Source of the DNA: an uncultured Pseudomonadota bacterium
Lineage (GTDB): Bacteria; Pseudomonadota; Alphaproteobacteria; Acetobacterales; Acetobacteraceae
NCBI GenBank assembly: GCA_963827925.1
Contig: CAWHDE010000007.1
Span: forward strand, 56,023 to 80,022
DNA length: 24,000 bases
Reading direction: 5' to 3'
The notes beneath the pieces are model-generated. The model was not told where the DNA came from. It worked only from the letters and a program-made list of their open reading frames with translations, and ran no database searches. Positions 15,477-23,656 of the stretch are shown piece by piece; the stretch's first letter is position 1, and each line of letters starts with the position of its first letter. A program made the position numbers and the translations under genes.

Positions 15477-16476
15477 TCGGTTGCTCCAGCCTCCGTTGGA
15501 TTTGGGCGCCCGGCGACATCGTCGCGGGCGAAGCGGAAATCGAAATTGCAGAATTCGCAGGTCATAACGATCTGCCCTTCCACGGCCATGTGGTCCAGCT
15601 CTTCCTGCTGGAAATCCCTCCAGAATTCCACCCAGTCGCTGGCGCGAGCAGCGGCAGCCAAAGCTCAAGCGTGCGCGGCTTGGAAACCGCCACCCCCTCG
15701 CCATGGAACAGCCGGTAGAGCAGGTGTTCAGGCGTTAGCGCGTCATCCAGCAGCTCCGCCGCCGTCACCGTCTCGGCCAGGATGGAGGCGGTGCGCCAGG
15801 CTTCGGTCTGGTCGTCCTCGGAAAGCTCCTCCCCCACGCCGCCAGCGCCTGCCACACGCTCCATCACCAGGGCGGAAGCGCGCCATCCGGCCCCGGTCTC
15901 CGCCGCCGCCACAAAGATGCGCGCGGGCAGCTGCTCGGAGGTGGTGAAATAGAATTCCGCCATCTCCGCCAGCGTCTCGCCCTCGATAGAGACAATGCCC
16001 TGGGTCGGCTCGCGGTCCAGCCCCTGGTCCACGGTAAAGGCGACATAGCCGCTGCCCAGCAATTGCCGGGCCGTGGCGCCCTCCTGGATCTCCGCCTCCT
16101 CATTCACCCGCACATAGCCGCGCAGGGCGCCGGCATCGGTGCAATCCACCACCAGCATCGGCACCGGCCCGTCGCCGCGGATCTGGATGGAGAAGGACCC
16201 CTTGAACTTCAGCGCGGTGGAAAGCCCCGCCGCCAAGGCCAGCGCCTGGCCCAGCAGCACGCGCACCGGAGCCGGATGCTCGTGGCGCGACAGCAGCGTG
16301 GCCGCCAGCGGCCCCAGCCGCACCAGCCGCCCGCGCACCGGGCGGTCAGGCAGATAAAACGGGGTTACGCCGCGAGGCACGGAAAGATCCGGCACCTGGG
16401 GCCGGGTGGAATCGAGAAACGCCGGAAGCTCTGTCATGATGGTTGTCAAATAAGCATGTTTTTGCGCCGTTGCCAT
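15473..16476 (-). pseudogene. hslO: Hsp33 family redox-regulated chaperone HslO; frame broken twice in the C-terminal zinc-binding region
   Basis: Frame 1 (track ORF 15562..16476) reads ..VRGRLVRLGP..KFKGSFSIQIRGDGPVPMLVVD..HGEGVAVSKPR. Frame 2, the N-terminal extension of track ORF 14715..15704, reads ARLSFGCRCSRQRLGGILE. Frame 3 (track ORF 15473..15661) reads DFQQEELDHMAVEGQIVMTCEFCNFDFRFARDDV. The CxC and CxxC motifs are thus separated into different frames. The breaks lie near 15662-15680 and 15608-15623. An alternative start is M14 at 16437. Confidence 0.88.
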
Positions 16477-16504
16477 AAGCCCGGGGGCGCGTTAGCGGTT
16501 TCCC

Positions 16505-17965
16505 ATGGCCCAAGATTCCACTGCCGACCTCGGCGCCCATGTGAAAAGATTTTCCCGCGCCAGCGTGCTGGTGGTGGGAGACGCGATGCTGGACCGCTAT
16601 GTTTACGGCGAAGTCGCCCGCGTCAGCCCGGAGGCGCCGGTGCCCATCCTCACCGTCACGCGCGAGGTGGCGATGCCGGGCGGTGCGGGCAACGTGGTGC
16701 GCAACCTCATCGCCCTTGATGCCGCCGCCGCCTTTGTTTCCGTGGTGGGCGACGACCAGGCAGGCTCCGACCTCACCGGCCTGATCGGCGGGCAGGAGCG
16801 TGTGGAGCCCTGGCTGCTGGTGCAGAACGGCCGCACCACCACGCTGAAAACCCGCTATATCGCGCAGGGCCAGCATCTCATCCGCGCCGACCGCGAGGAG
16901 ACGATGAGCCTGCCGGAGAAGCTCTCCGAGCGGCTGGTGAAGATCGCGCTGGACGCCATGGCCGCCACCAGCGTCACCGTGCTCTCCGATTACCGCAAGG
17001 GCGTGCTGAGCGCCTCCGTCTGCGCCGCGCTGATCGAAGGCGCCCGGAAGCTGGGCCGCATGATCATCGTTGACCCCAAAGGGCGGGATTATGCCCGCTA
17101 TCGCGGGGCGGACATTGTCACGCCCAACCGCAAGGAGCTGGCCGAAGCGACCGACATGCCGGTGGAGAACGAGGCCGAGATCGTCGCCGCCGCGCAAGCG
17201 CTGCGGACGCGCTATGCCTTCGGCGCCGTCCTGGTCACGCGCTCCGAGGATGGCATGAGCCTGATCACGCCCGACGAGGTGCGCCATTACCCCGGCGAGG
17301 CACGGGAGGTGTTCGACGTCTCCGGCGCCGGGGATACGGTGGTCGCCACCCTGGCCGCCGCCCTGGCCGCCGAGGTGCCGCTGGCCGATGCCGCGCGGCT
17401 GGCCAATATCGCGGCGGGCATCGTGGTCGGCAAGGTCGGCACGGCCGTGGCACGGCCGCCTGACATTCTCGCCGCCATCGCCCCCGCCACCGGGGCGCTG
17501 CAGAAGGTCGTTACCCCCTCGGCCGCCGCCGAGGCCGCCGAGCGCTGGCGCTTGCGCGGCTATAAGGTGGGCTTCACCAATGGCTGTTTCGACCTGCTCC
17601 ACCCCGGCCATGTGCATCTGCTGGAGCAATGCCGCGCGATGTGCGACCGGCTGATCGTCGGCATCAATGCCGACAGCTCGGTAAAGCGCCTGAAAGGCCC
17701 CACTCGCCCCGCCCAGGGCGAGGCCGCCCGCGCCGCCGTGCTGGCCTCGCTCGCCTCTGTCGATCTGGTGTGCCTGTTCGAGGAGGATACCCCGATCGAG
17801 CTGATCAAGCGCATCAAGCCGGACGTTCTGATCAAAGGCGCCGACTATACCCGCGAGACCGTGGTGGGCGCTGATCTCGTGGAAAGCTGGGGCGGCTCCG
17901 TGGCGCTTGCCCAATTGCTGCCCGGCCACTCCACCACCGCCACTCTGGCGAGGCTGCGCGGCTGA
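16505..17965 (+). CDS. hldE: Bifunctional D-glycero-beta-D-manno-heptose-7-phosphate kinase / heptose-1-phosphate adenylyltransferase
   Basis: The N-terminal part is a ribokinase-like domain (VLVVGDAMLDRYVYGEVARVSPEAPVPIL, DVSGAGDTV). The C-terminal part is a cytidylyltransferase domain (GFTNGCFDLLHPGH). The protein is 486 aa. Confidence 0.92.
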   Translation: MAQDSTADLGAHVKRFSRASVLVVGDAMLDRYVYGEVARVSPEAPVPILTVTREVAMPGGAGNVVRNLIALDAAAAFVSVVGDDQAGSDLTGLIGGQERVEPWLLVQNGRTTTLKTRYIAQGQHLIRADREETMSLPEKLSERLVKIALDAMAATSVTVLSDYRKGVLSASVCAALIEGARKLGRMIIVDPKGRDYARYRGADIVTPNRKELAEATDMPVENEAEIVAAAQALRTRYAFGAVLVTRSEDGMSLITPDEVRHYPGEAREVFDVSGAGDTVVATLAAALAAEVPLADAARLANIAAGIVVGKVGTAVARPPDILAAIAPATGALQKVVTPSAAAEAAERWRLRGYKVGFTNGCFDLLHPGHVHLLEQCRAMCDRLIVGINADSSVKRLKGPTRPAQGEAARAAVLASLASVDLVCLFEEDTPIELIKRIKPDVLIKGADYTRETVVGADLVESWGGSVALAQLLPGHSTTATLARLRG

Positions 17966-18642
17966 TGGATCTCCCCATCGGCCCCGAGGTGGACACCTGG
18001 CCCCGCCCGCTGCCCTCCCGCCAGAAATTCTCCGGCCAGCGCGTCTCTCTGGAGCCGCTCACCCGCCGCCATGCGGGCGAGCTGCTTGAGGCCGCGCAAT
18101 TCGCCGATGACAGCTTCACCTACATGTCCTTCGGCCCCTGGCGCAGCGTGGGCGAGGTAGAGGCGCTGATCGCGGCAAACATATCAGACCCGGCGGCCGC
18201 CTTCTGGGCGGTGCGGCCCGTTACCACCGGGCGCGTGACCGGCTTTCTCTCGCTGATGAATATCGAGCCGAAGAACGCCGCCATCGAGCTTGGCAATATC
18301 TGGTTCGGGCCGGAACTGCGGCGCACCCGCGCGGCGACGGAGGCGATGTTTCTGCTCCTGCGCCACGCGGCGGATGATCTCGGCTATCGCCGCCTCGTCT
18401 GGAAATGCAACGCGCTCAACGAGCCTTCCAAACGCGCCGCTCTGCGCCTTGGCTTTTCCTATGAGGGCCTGCTTCGCGCGCATATGGTGGTGAAGGGCCG
18501 CGAACGCGACACCGCGATGTATTCCATCATCGCCTCCGAATGGCCCAGCCGCCGCGATGCGATTCTTTCCTGGCTGGATAAGGGAAATTTTGACGCGGAG
18601 GGGAACGCGATTAAATCGCTGGCTGAGTTCAGAGGCACGTAG
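17965..18642 (+). CDS. GNAT family N-acetyltransferase (RimJ/RimL-like, Acetyltransf_3-type)
   Basis: Supporting sequences are VSLEPLTRRHAGELLEA, IELGNIWFGPELRRTRAATEAMFLLLRHAADDLGYRRLVWKCNALNEPSKRAALRLGFSYEG. The start overlaps the hldE stop (TGATG). Confidence 0.8.
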   Translation: MDLPIGPEVDTWPRPLPSRQKFSGQRVSLEPLTRRHAGELLEAAQFADDSFTYMSFGPWRSVGEVEALIAANISDPAAAFWAVRPVTTGRVTGFLSLMNIEPKNAAIELGNIWFGPELRRTRAATEAMFLLLRHAADDLGYRRLVWKCNALNEPSKRAALRLGFSYEGLLRAHMVVKGRERDTAMYSIIASEWPSRRDAILSWLDKGNFDAEGNAIKSLAEFRGT

Positions 18643-18666
18643 GCACGCGCCTTAAACCCGCACCAC

Positions 18667-19527
18667 CTACGGCCTCACAACCCGGCGGTATAAATGCCAG
18701 GTGGAATGGCCCAGCACAGGCAGCACCAGGATCAGCCCAACGAAACACGGCAAGGCGCCCACGAACAAAGCCGCCGCCACCAGCAGCCCCCACAATCCGA
18801 GCTGCACCGGGTTGCGCCGCACCGCCATCACAGAAGCCGAGATCGCGGTGCGCAGCGCCACTGGCCTGTCCAGCAACATTGGAAACGACACCACGCTGAT
18901 CGCCAGCACGCCAACGGCAAACAGAACGCCTGCGGTCCAACCAAGAATGATCATCGTCCAACCCGCCGGGGTGGTGAAAATCTCCTGCACGAACGACCAA
19001 ACCGAAGCCGGGGGCGCTGGCCCCAATGTCAAATCGTAAATCCCCTGCGCCACCGCCAGCCAAGCGAAAAACAACGCGATGAGCAGCAGGCCCAGAACGG
19101 CGATCGCCCCGATCGAGGGCGAGCGCAGCACGTTGAACATGTCGAGCCAGCGCATCTTGCCCGTCATTTCCCGCTGCCGGCTCATCTCATACAGCCCGAC
19201 CGCGAAAAACGGCCCGACCAGCGCAAAACCCGCGGCTGTCGGGAACAAGAGCGGCAATAACCCCCCTTTCGCTTCGGCGGCGGCGATGAACAGCCCGATG
19301 ACCGGATAAATCAGGCAGAGAAACATCACGTCGGTTCGGCAGGTCGCGAAATCATCCACCCCAAGCCGCACCGCTTCCCGCAGATCCGCCACGGTGATGG
19401 TCTGTATCTCGGGTGCGCTGGCCTGCTGCGGTACCGACCAATAAGTCTCGGGCGGGGCGTTGCCGATGGTTTTTCCAGGGGCTTCGAACTGCGCCACCAC
19501 CCATTCTATTGGATTGCGTAAATGCAT
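18667..19527 (-). CDS. Integral membrane protein, DUF2189-like
   Basis: The start was moved to MHLRNPIEW (ATG 19527), which has a GGAGGA RBS. The sequence ITVADLREAVRLGVDDFATCRTDVMFLCLIYPVIGL is followed by about 5 TM helices. The family was recognised from memory. Confidence 0.6.
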   Translation of the reverse strand: MHLRNPIEWVVAQFEAPGKTIGNAPPETYWSVPQQASAPEIQTITVADLREAVRLGVDDFATCRTDVMFLCLIYPVIGLFIAAAEAKGGLLPLLFPTAAGFALVGPFFAVGLYEMSRQREMTGKMRWLDMFNVLRSPSIGAIAVLGLLLIALFFAWLAVAQGIYDLTLGPAPPASVWSFVQEIFTTPAGWTMIILGWTAGVLFAVGVLAISVVSFPMLLDRPVALRTAISASVMAVRRNPVQLGLWGLLVAAALFVGALPCFVGLILVLPVLGHSTWHLYRRVVRP

Positions 19528-19638
19528 GGCTCTGGTCCTCCATCCGCGCGATTTTTGGCCCGCGCAGGTGTGTGGGTTTCCCATGCATAGCCGGAAATGG
19601 CCCAAAAGTCTTGAAATTTGTGCCCCGGGCCTACCCGC

Positions 19639-20220
19639 TCACCCCGTCAGCCGCGCCACCTCCGCCTTCAGCCGCGGCAAAATCTCCTCTCCGAACCATG
19701 GGTTTTTCCGCTCCCACGCCATCGTGCGCCAGGAGGGATGCGGCAGCGGCATGAAGCGCCCGCCCGGCGCCTGGGCGCGCACAGTCTCCGTCATGCTCCC
19801 CTTGCCCAGATAGCGCCGTTGCGCGTAGCCGCCGACGAGCAGGATCAGCTCGATTTGCGGCATCCCCGCCAGCAGCTTCTCATGCCACAAGGGCGCGCAT
19901 TCCGGGCGGGGCGGTGCGTCGCCGCCATTGGGCAGACGCCCCGGATAGCAGAACCCCATCGGCAGGAAATTCAGCCTGGTTTCGTCATAAAAAACATCGC
20001 GGGCGATTCCCATCCAGCTCCGCAGCCGGTCGCCGGAGGCATCGTCGAACGGCAAGCCGCTTGCATGCACCTTCGTTCCCGGCGCCTGGCCGATCACCAG
20101 CAAGCGCGCCGTGGTGGTGACGCGGAACACCGGCCGCGCGCCCAGCGGCAGCACATCATGGCAGAGGCGGCAGGCGCGCGGCCTGCAGCTGCGGCTTCGC
20201 TCAGCCCTCGCTGCCGCCAC
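19639..20220 (-). CDS. Uracil-DNA glycosylase superfamily protein
   Basis: Supporting motifs are CRPRACRLCHDVLPLGARPVF, LLVIGQAPG, SGLPFDDASGDRLRSWMGI and the HPSWRT motif. The start is uncertain. I chose GTG 20220; the track ORF starts at 20325 inside petC. Confidence 0.75.
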   Translation of the reverse strand: MAAARAERSRSCRPRACRLCHDVLPLGARPVFRVTTTARLLVIGQAPGTKVHASGLPFDDASGDRLRSWMGIARDVFYDETRLNFLPMGFCYPGRLPNGGDAPPRPECAPLWHEKLLAGMPQIELILLVGGYAQRRYLGKGSMTETVRAQAPGGRFMPLPHPSWRTMAWERKNPWFGEEILPRLKAEVARLTG

Positions 20221-20909
20221 ACCCTGCGCTTGGTGACCACCGCCACAATCGACAGGAAGGCGAAGAAGATCACCGCCCTTAAGCCCACCGCATGCCGGGC
20301 CGAAAGATTTGGGTCCGAAGCCCACGTCAGAAACTCCGCCACATCCGCTGCTTCCTGCGCCGTGGTGGCTTGCGTGCCATCGGCGTAGGTCACCGCGTTA
20401 TCGCGCAGCACGGCGGGCATGGAAACCTGCCCGCCCGGAAAGGCGGTGTTGTAATAATGGCCGGAGAGCAGCGTCACACCCGCCGGCGGCGGGGCGAAGC
20501 CGGTGAGGAAATCAAAGATATAGCGCGTGCCGCCTGGGCGCTGCGCCACGATGGTGGAAAGATCAGGCGGCTCCGCCCCGCCCATATTCACCGCCCCGGG
20601 CTCTTTGAACCGGGAGTCCGCCGTGGCGGCACTGCCATCTGCCAGCTTCACACTGGCGGCGATGCCCGCCACCTGCTCGGGCGTCAGCCCCAGCCCTTGC
20701 AGATCGCGGTAATGCAGCGCGCTCAGGCCATGGCAGCTCGCGCACACGCCCTGATACACGGCAAACCCCCGCTGCGCGGCGGCGATGTCGATGCTGCCAA
20801 ACACGCCCTCGGACTGGAAATGCACGGGCGAGAGCGTGTCCTCCGCCCGCGCGGCAACGCCCGCCAGCAGCCACACCGCCAGCAGCGGCGCAAAGAAACG
20901 GCGCATCAT
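20094..20909 (-). CDS. petC: Cytochrome c1 (canonical motifs) with an unusual 45-aa extension after the C-terminal membrane anchor
   Basis: It has a signal peptide, the heme motif CASCH, EPPDLSTIVAQRPGGTRYIFDFLTGF, the SMP Met ligand region, and the C-terminal anchor GLRAVIFFAFLSIVAVVTKRRVW. The start overlaps the petB stop as ATGA. Confidence 0.85.
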   Translation of the reverse strand: MMRRFFAPLLAVWLLAGVAARAEDTLSPVHFQSEGVFGSIDIAAAQRGFAVYQGVCASCHGLSALHYRDLQGLGLTPEQVAGIAASVKLADGSAATADSRFKEPGAVNMGGAEPPDLSTIVAQRPGGTRYIFDFLTGFAPPPAGVTLLSGHYYNTAFPGGQVSMPAVLRDNAVTYADGTQATTAQEAADVAEFLTWASDPNLSARHAVGLRAVIFFAFLSIVAVVTKRRVWRQRGLSEAAAAGRAPAASAMMCCRWARGRCSASPPRRACW

Positions 20910-22030
20910 GCGGCCTCCATCGTCGTAACCAGCGGGGTGAGCACCAGGAAGTGAAAGAAGAACCAGAAGCTGAACAAGTCCGGCAGCGCCGCGCCCGCCG
21001 GGCAGGCAGTCACGAGGCCCAGCGCCAGCACATCCAGCCCCAGCAGCCAGGTCAGTGCCTTATAGAGCCAGCCCGGCCGCGCGCCGTTCGAGCGGTCCAG
21101 CCAGGGCAGCGCGTACAAAACCGCCGCCGCCGCGATCACCGCCCAGATATGCCCGGCCACGCCCGGAAACACGCCCGCCAGCCCGGCCACGGGGGTGAGA
21201 TACCAGGGGAAGGAAATGCGCGCCGGGACGGCAAGGGCCGAAGCCGGAATCGCATTCTGCGCCCCCTGCCCCCAATGCGGCGCGAAACCGAGCAGAATGG
21301 CAAACACCAGTGCCAGCACCGCAAGCGCGGCGAAATACTGCGCGGCATAGACGGGCCAGAAGGCAACCGCCCGCCCCTGCGGCGCCGGGCGCACCTGCCT
21401 AGTGGCAAGGCGGGCCAGCCAGATCACCAGCACCGCGCTGAGCGCCAGCAGCACATGGAACACCAGCAGCCGCGCCAGGGTGGAACCGCCCCCGATGCCG
21501 CCGAAAAACCACATCGCCACCGCACCGGGAAAACCGGAGAGCGTCAGCGCCGCCCCGGTGGCGTTGAACAGGGACCAATAGCCCCCAGCCCCGCCCGTCA
21601 TCACAAAGCCGAGCCAGCCGGTCAGCAGCAGCACCGCCAGCAGCTTGACCCAGAGCATCCAGACGAACTCCCCCGGTGCCCGGTAGCCGCGCACCAGCAG
21701 CGTGCGGAACAGATGGATATACAGCACCACGAAGGCGAGGCTCGCGCCGGTCGCATGGTAGCCCTGCACCAGCCAGCCGCCGCGCACCTCCCGCGCGACG
21801 CTCTGCAGCGACGCATAAGCATGGCGCGGATCGTAATAGACCGCCAGCACCACGCCGGAGGCCAGCAGCACCAGCAGCAGCGCCCCCAGCAGGTTGGGCA
21901 ATGTGGCAAGCCACGGCGCACCCGGCGCGCGGTCCTGCCGTATCAACCCGGCGCAGATCTCGCACAGGCAAGGCACGCGCGACGTCAGCCAGCCTTGTTT
22001 CGCATGTTCCAGTTTTGCGTCCATGCTCAT
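20906..22030 (-). CDS. petB: Cytochrome b-like subunit of a bc1-type complex; divergent (fourth heme His ligand and PEWY Glu absent)
   Basis: It is alignable to cytochrome b throughout: GGWLVQGYHATGASLAFVVLYIHLFR, LARLLVFHVLLALSAV, ISFPWYLTPV, ALPWLDRS. See the findings for the missing residues. Confidence 0.8.
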   Translation of the reverse strand: MSMDAKLEHAKQGWLTSRVPCLCEICAGLIRQDRAPGAPWLATLPNLLGALLLVLLASGVVLAVYYDPRHAYASLQSVAREVRGGWLVQGYHATGASLAFVVLYIHLFRTLLVRGYRAPGEFVWMLWVKLLAVLLLTGWLGFVMTGGAGGYWSLFNATGAALTLSGFPGAVAMWFFGGIGGGSTLARLLVFHVLLALSAVLVIWLARLATRQVRPAPQGRAVAFWPVYAAQYFAALAVLALVFAILLGFAPHWGQGAQNAIPASALAVPARISFPWYLTPVAGLAGVFPGVAGHIWAVIAAAAVLYALPWLDRSNGARPGWLYKALTWLLGLDVLALGLVTACPAGAALPDLFSFWFFFHFLVLTPLVTTMEAA

Positions 22031-22035
22031 GCCCC

Positions 22036-22593
22036 TCAGCCCAGCTGGATTTGCGCGGGATTGATGAAGCTGAAGCGCGGAATAACGAGATTGCGCCGCG
22101 CCGGGCCGGAGCGGACCCGCCCCAGCGCGTCATACTGGCTGCCATCGCAAGGGCAGAGCCAGCCATCGTAATCGCCGCGCGGGTCGGCGGGGCTGTTGCC
22201 CTCCAGCGCGCAAGGGGTTCCGGTGTTCAGCCCCACCACCACCACGAAATGCCCATTGCCAGGGGCCACGCGCGCGGCCAGCTCCGCCGGGTCAGGCAGA
22301 TCCGCCATCGCCACAACCGCAGCATCGGCGATCTGCTTGTCCGTCAGCCGCCTGATCAGCACCGGCACACCGGCCCATTGTACCGTTTTGGCGCTGTTAT
22401 CTGGAATATCGGAAATTGTAATGACCGGCCTTGCTTGCGCTTCGCCTGCCTCATCGGGGTTCAGCGCGTCGATCAGCGGCCAGATGATGGAGGCCACTCC
22501 CACGGCACCTCCCGCCATGGCCAGGATCCTCAAGAAATCGCGCCGGTCTTCGCCCCCATGCGCTTCAGTCGCGTTCGCTGTTGATTTAGCCAT
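22036..22593 (-). CDS. petA: Rieske-fold (ubiquinol-cytochrome c reductase iron-sulfur subunit-like) protein lacking 3 of the 4 cluster ligands
   Basis: It has the Tat motif RRDFLRILAMAGG, VQWAGVPVLIRRLTD, and the C-terminal GWLCPCDGSQYDALGRVRSGPARRNLVIPRFSF..IQLG. Box I reads NTGTPC instead of CTHLGC. Confidence 0.8.
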   Translation of the reverse strand: MAKSTANATEAHGGEDRRDFLRILAMAGGAVGVASIIWPLIDALNPDEAGEAQARPVITISDIPDNSAKTVQWAGVPVLIRRLTDKQIADAAVVAMADLPDPAELAARVAPGNGHFVVVVGLNTGTPCALEGNSPADPRGDYDGWLCPCDGSQYDALGRVRSGPARRNLVIPRFSFINPAQIQLG

Positions 22594-22697
22594 ATTTCGC
22601 TCCCTGGAAGATTAACTCTCCCTGAAACGCAGCGTGGCGGCTGAGCGCGAAAATTTCAAGAGTGGATCGTCTTCCCCGCTTGTCCTAAACGGGCACC

Positions 22698-23552
22698 ATG
22701 ACCACCAAGCCCCCGCATGAAAGCCTGAAGCCCGAGGCCATCGCCTGGTTCGCTGGCCTGCGCGACCGCATCTGCACCGAATTCGAGACACTGGAACAAG
22801 AGGCCGGGCCGAACCCCAACCGGTTCACACGCACCGCCTGGGACAGGCCGGGCGGCGGCGGCGGCGTGATGAGCGTGCTGCGCGGGCAGCTCTTCGAGAA
22901 GGCCGGGGTGAATATCTCCGTGGTGGAAGGCGAATTCACGCCCGATTTCGCCGCCAGGATCCCCGGCACGGAGGCAGGGTCAAAATTCTGGGCGGCGGGC
23001 ATCTCGCTGGTGGCGCATCCGCGCAGCCCGAAGGTCCCGGCGGTGCATATGAACACGCGCATGATCGTCACCGCCAAGGGCTGGTTCGGCGGCGGCGGCG
23101 ACCTCACCCCCCTGCAACCCGGCACCCCGCAAGCGGCAGAGGACGCCGCCTCCTTCCACGCCGCCTACAAGGCGGCCTGCGATCAGCACGACCCCGCTTA
23201 TTACGAAAAATTCAGCAAATGGTGCGACGAATATTTTTTTCTGCCGCACCGGAATGAGCCGCGCGGCGCCGGCGGCATCTTCTATGACTATCTGGATAGC
23301 GGCAGCGCCGAGGCTGATTTCGCCTTCACCAGGGACATAGGCGAAGCCTTCCTGGCCGCCTACCCGCCTATTGTGCGCCGCCGCATGGGCGAGGCCTACA
23401 CGCCCGAAGAGCGCGAGGCCCAGCTAATCCGCCGCGGGCGCTATGTGGAGTTCAATCTGCTCTATGACCGGGGCACGACCTTCGGCCTGAAAACCGGTGG
23501 CAATACCGAGGCGATTTTGATGTCCATGCCACCCGAGGTGAAATGGCCGTGA
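22698..23552 (+). CDS. hemF: Oxygen-dependent coproporphyrinogen III oxidase
   Basis: Supporting motifs are WDRPGGGGGVMSVLRG, ISLVAHPRSPKVPAVHMNTR, GWFGGGGDLTP, HRNEPRGAGGIFYD and RRGRYVEFNLLYDRGTTFGL. Confidence 0.93.
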   Translation: MTTKPPHESLKPEAIAWFAGLRDRICTEFETLEQEAGPNPNRFTRTAWDRPGGGGGVMSVLRGQLFEKAGVNISVVEGEFTPDFAARIPGTEAGSKFWAAGISLVAHPRSPKVPAVHMNTRMIVTAKGWFGGGGDLTPLQPGTPQAAEDAASFHAAYKAACDQHDPAYYEKFSKWCDEYFFLPHRNEPRGAGGIFYDYLDSGSAEADFAFTRDIGEAFLAAYPPIVRRRMGEAYTPEEREAQLIRRGRYVEFNLLYDRGTTFGLKTGGNTEAILMSMPPEVKWP

Positions 23553-23558
23553 CCGGCT

Positions 23559-23628
23559 GGCGCCTGCGTGGCGGCCAGCCTCAATAAAAACCGGGCGCCT
23601 GCGTGGCGGCCAGTCTTAAATAAAAAGG
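23559..23628. repeat. Two tandem copies of a 35-bp unit just downstream of hemF
   Basis: GGCGCCTGCGTGGCGGCCAG occurs at 23559-23578 and again at 23594-23613. Each copy is followed by yCTyAA(T)AAAAA. Copy 1 with its flank forms the hairpin GCTGGC..GCCAGC. Confidence 0.7.
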
Positions 23629-23650
23629 CCGGAGCGTTGCTCCGGCCTTT
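23622..23650. terminator. Bidirectional intrinsic terminator between the convergent hemF and the low-complexity protein gene
   Basis: AAAAA-GGCCGGAGC (23627-23635), loop gtt, then GCTCCGGCC (23639-23647)-TTT. The U-tract is strong on the minus strand (TTTTTATTT) and weaker on the plus strand. Confidence 0.8.
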
Positions 23651-23656
23651 GCTGCA

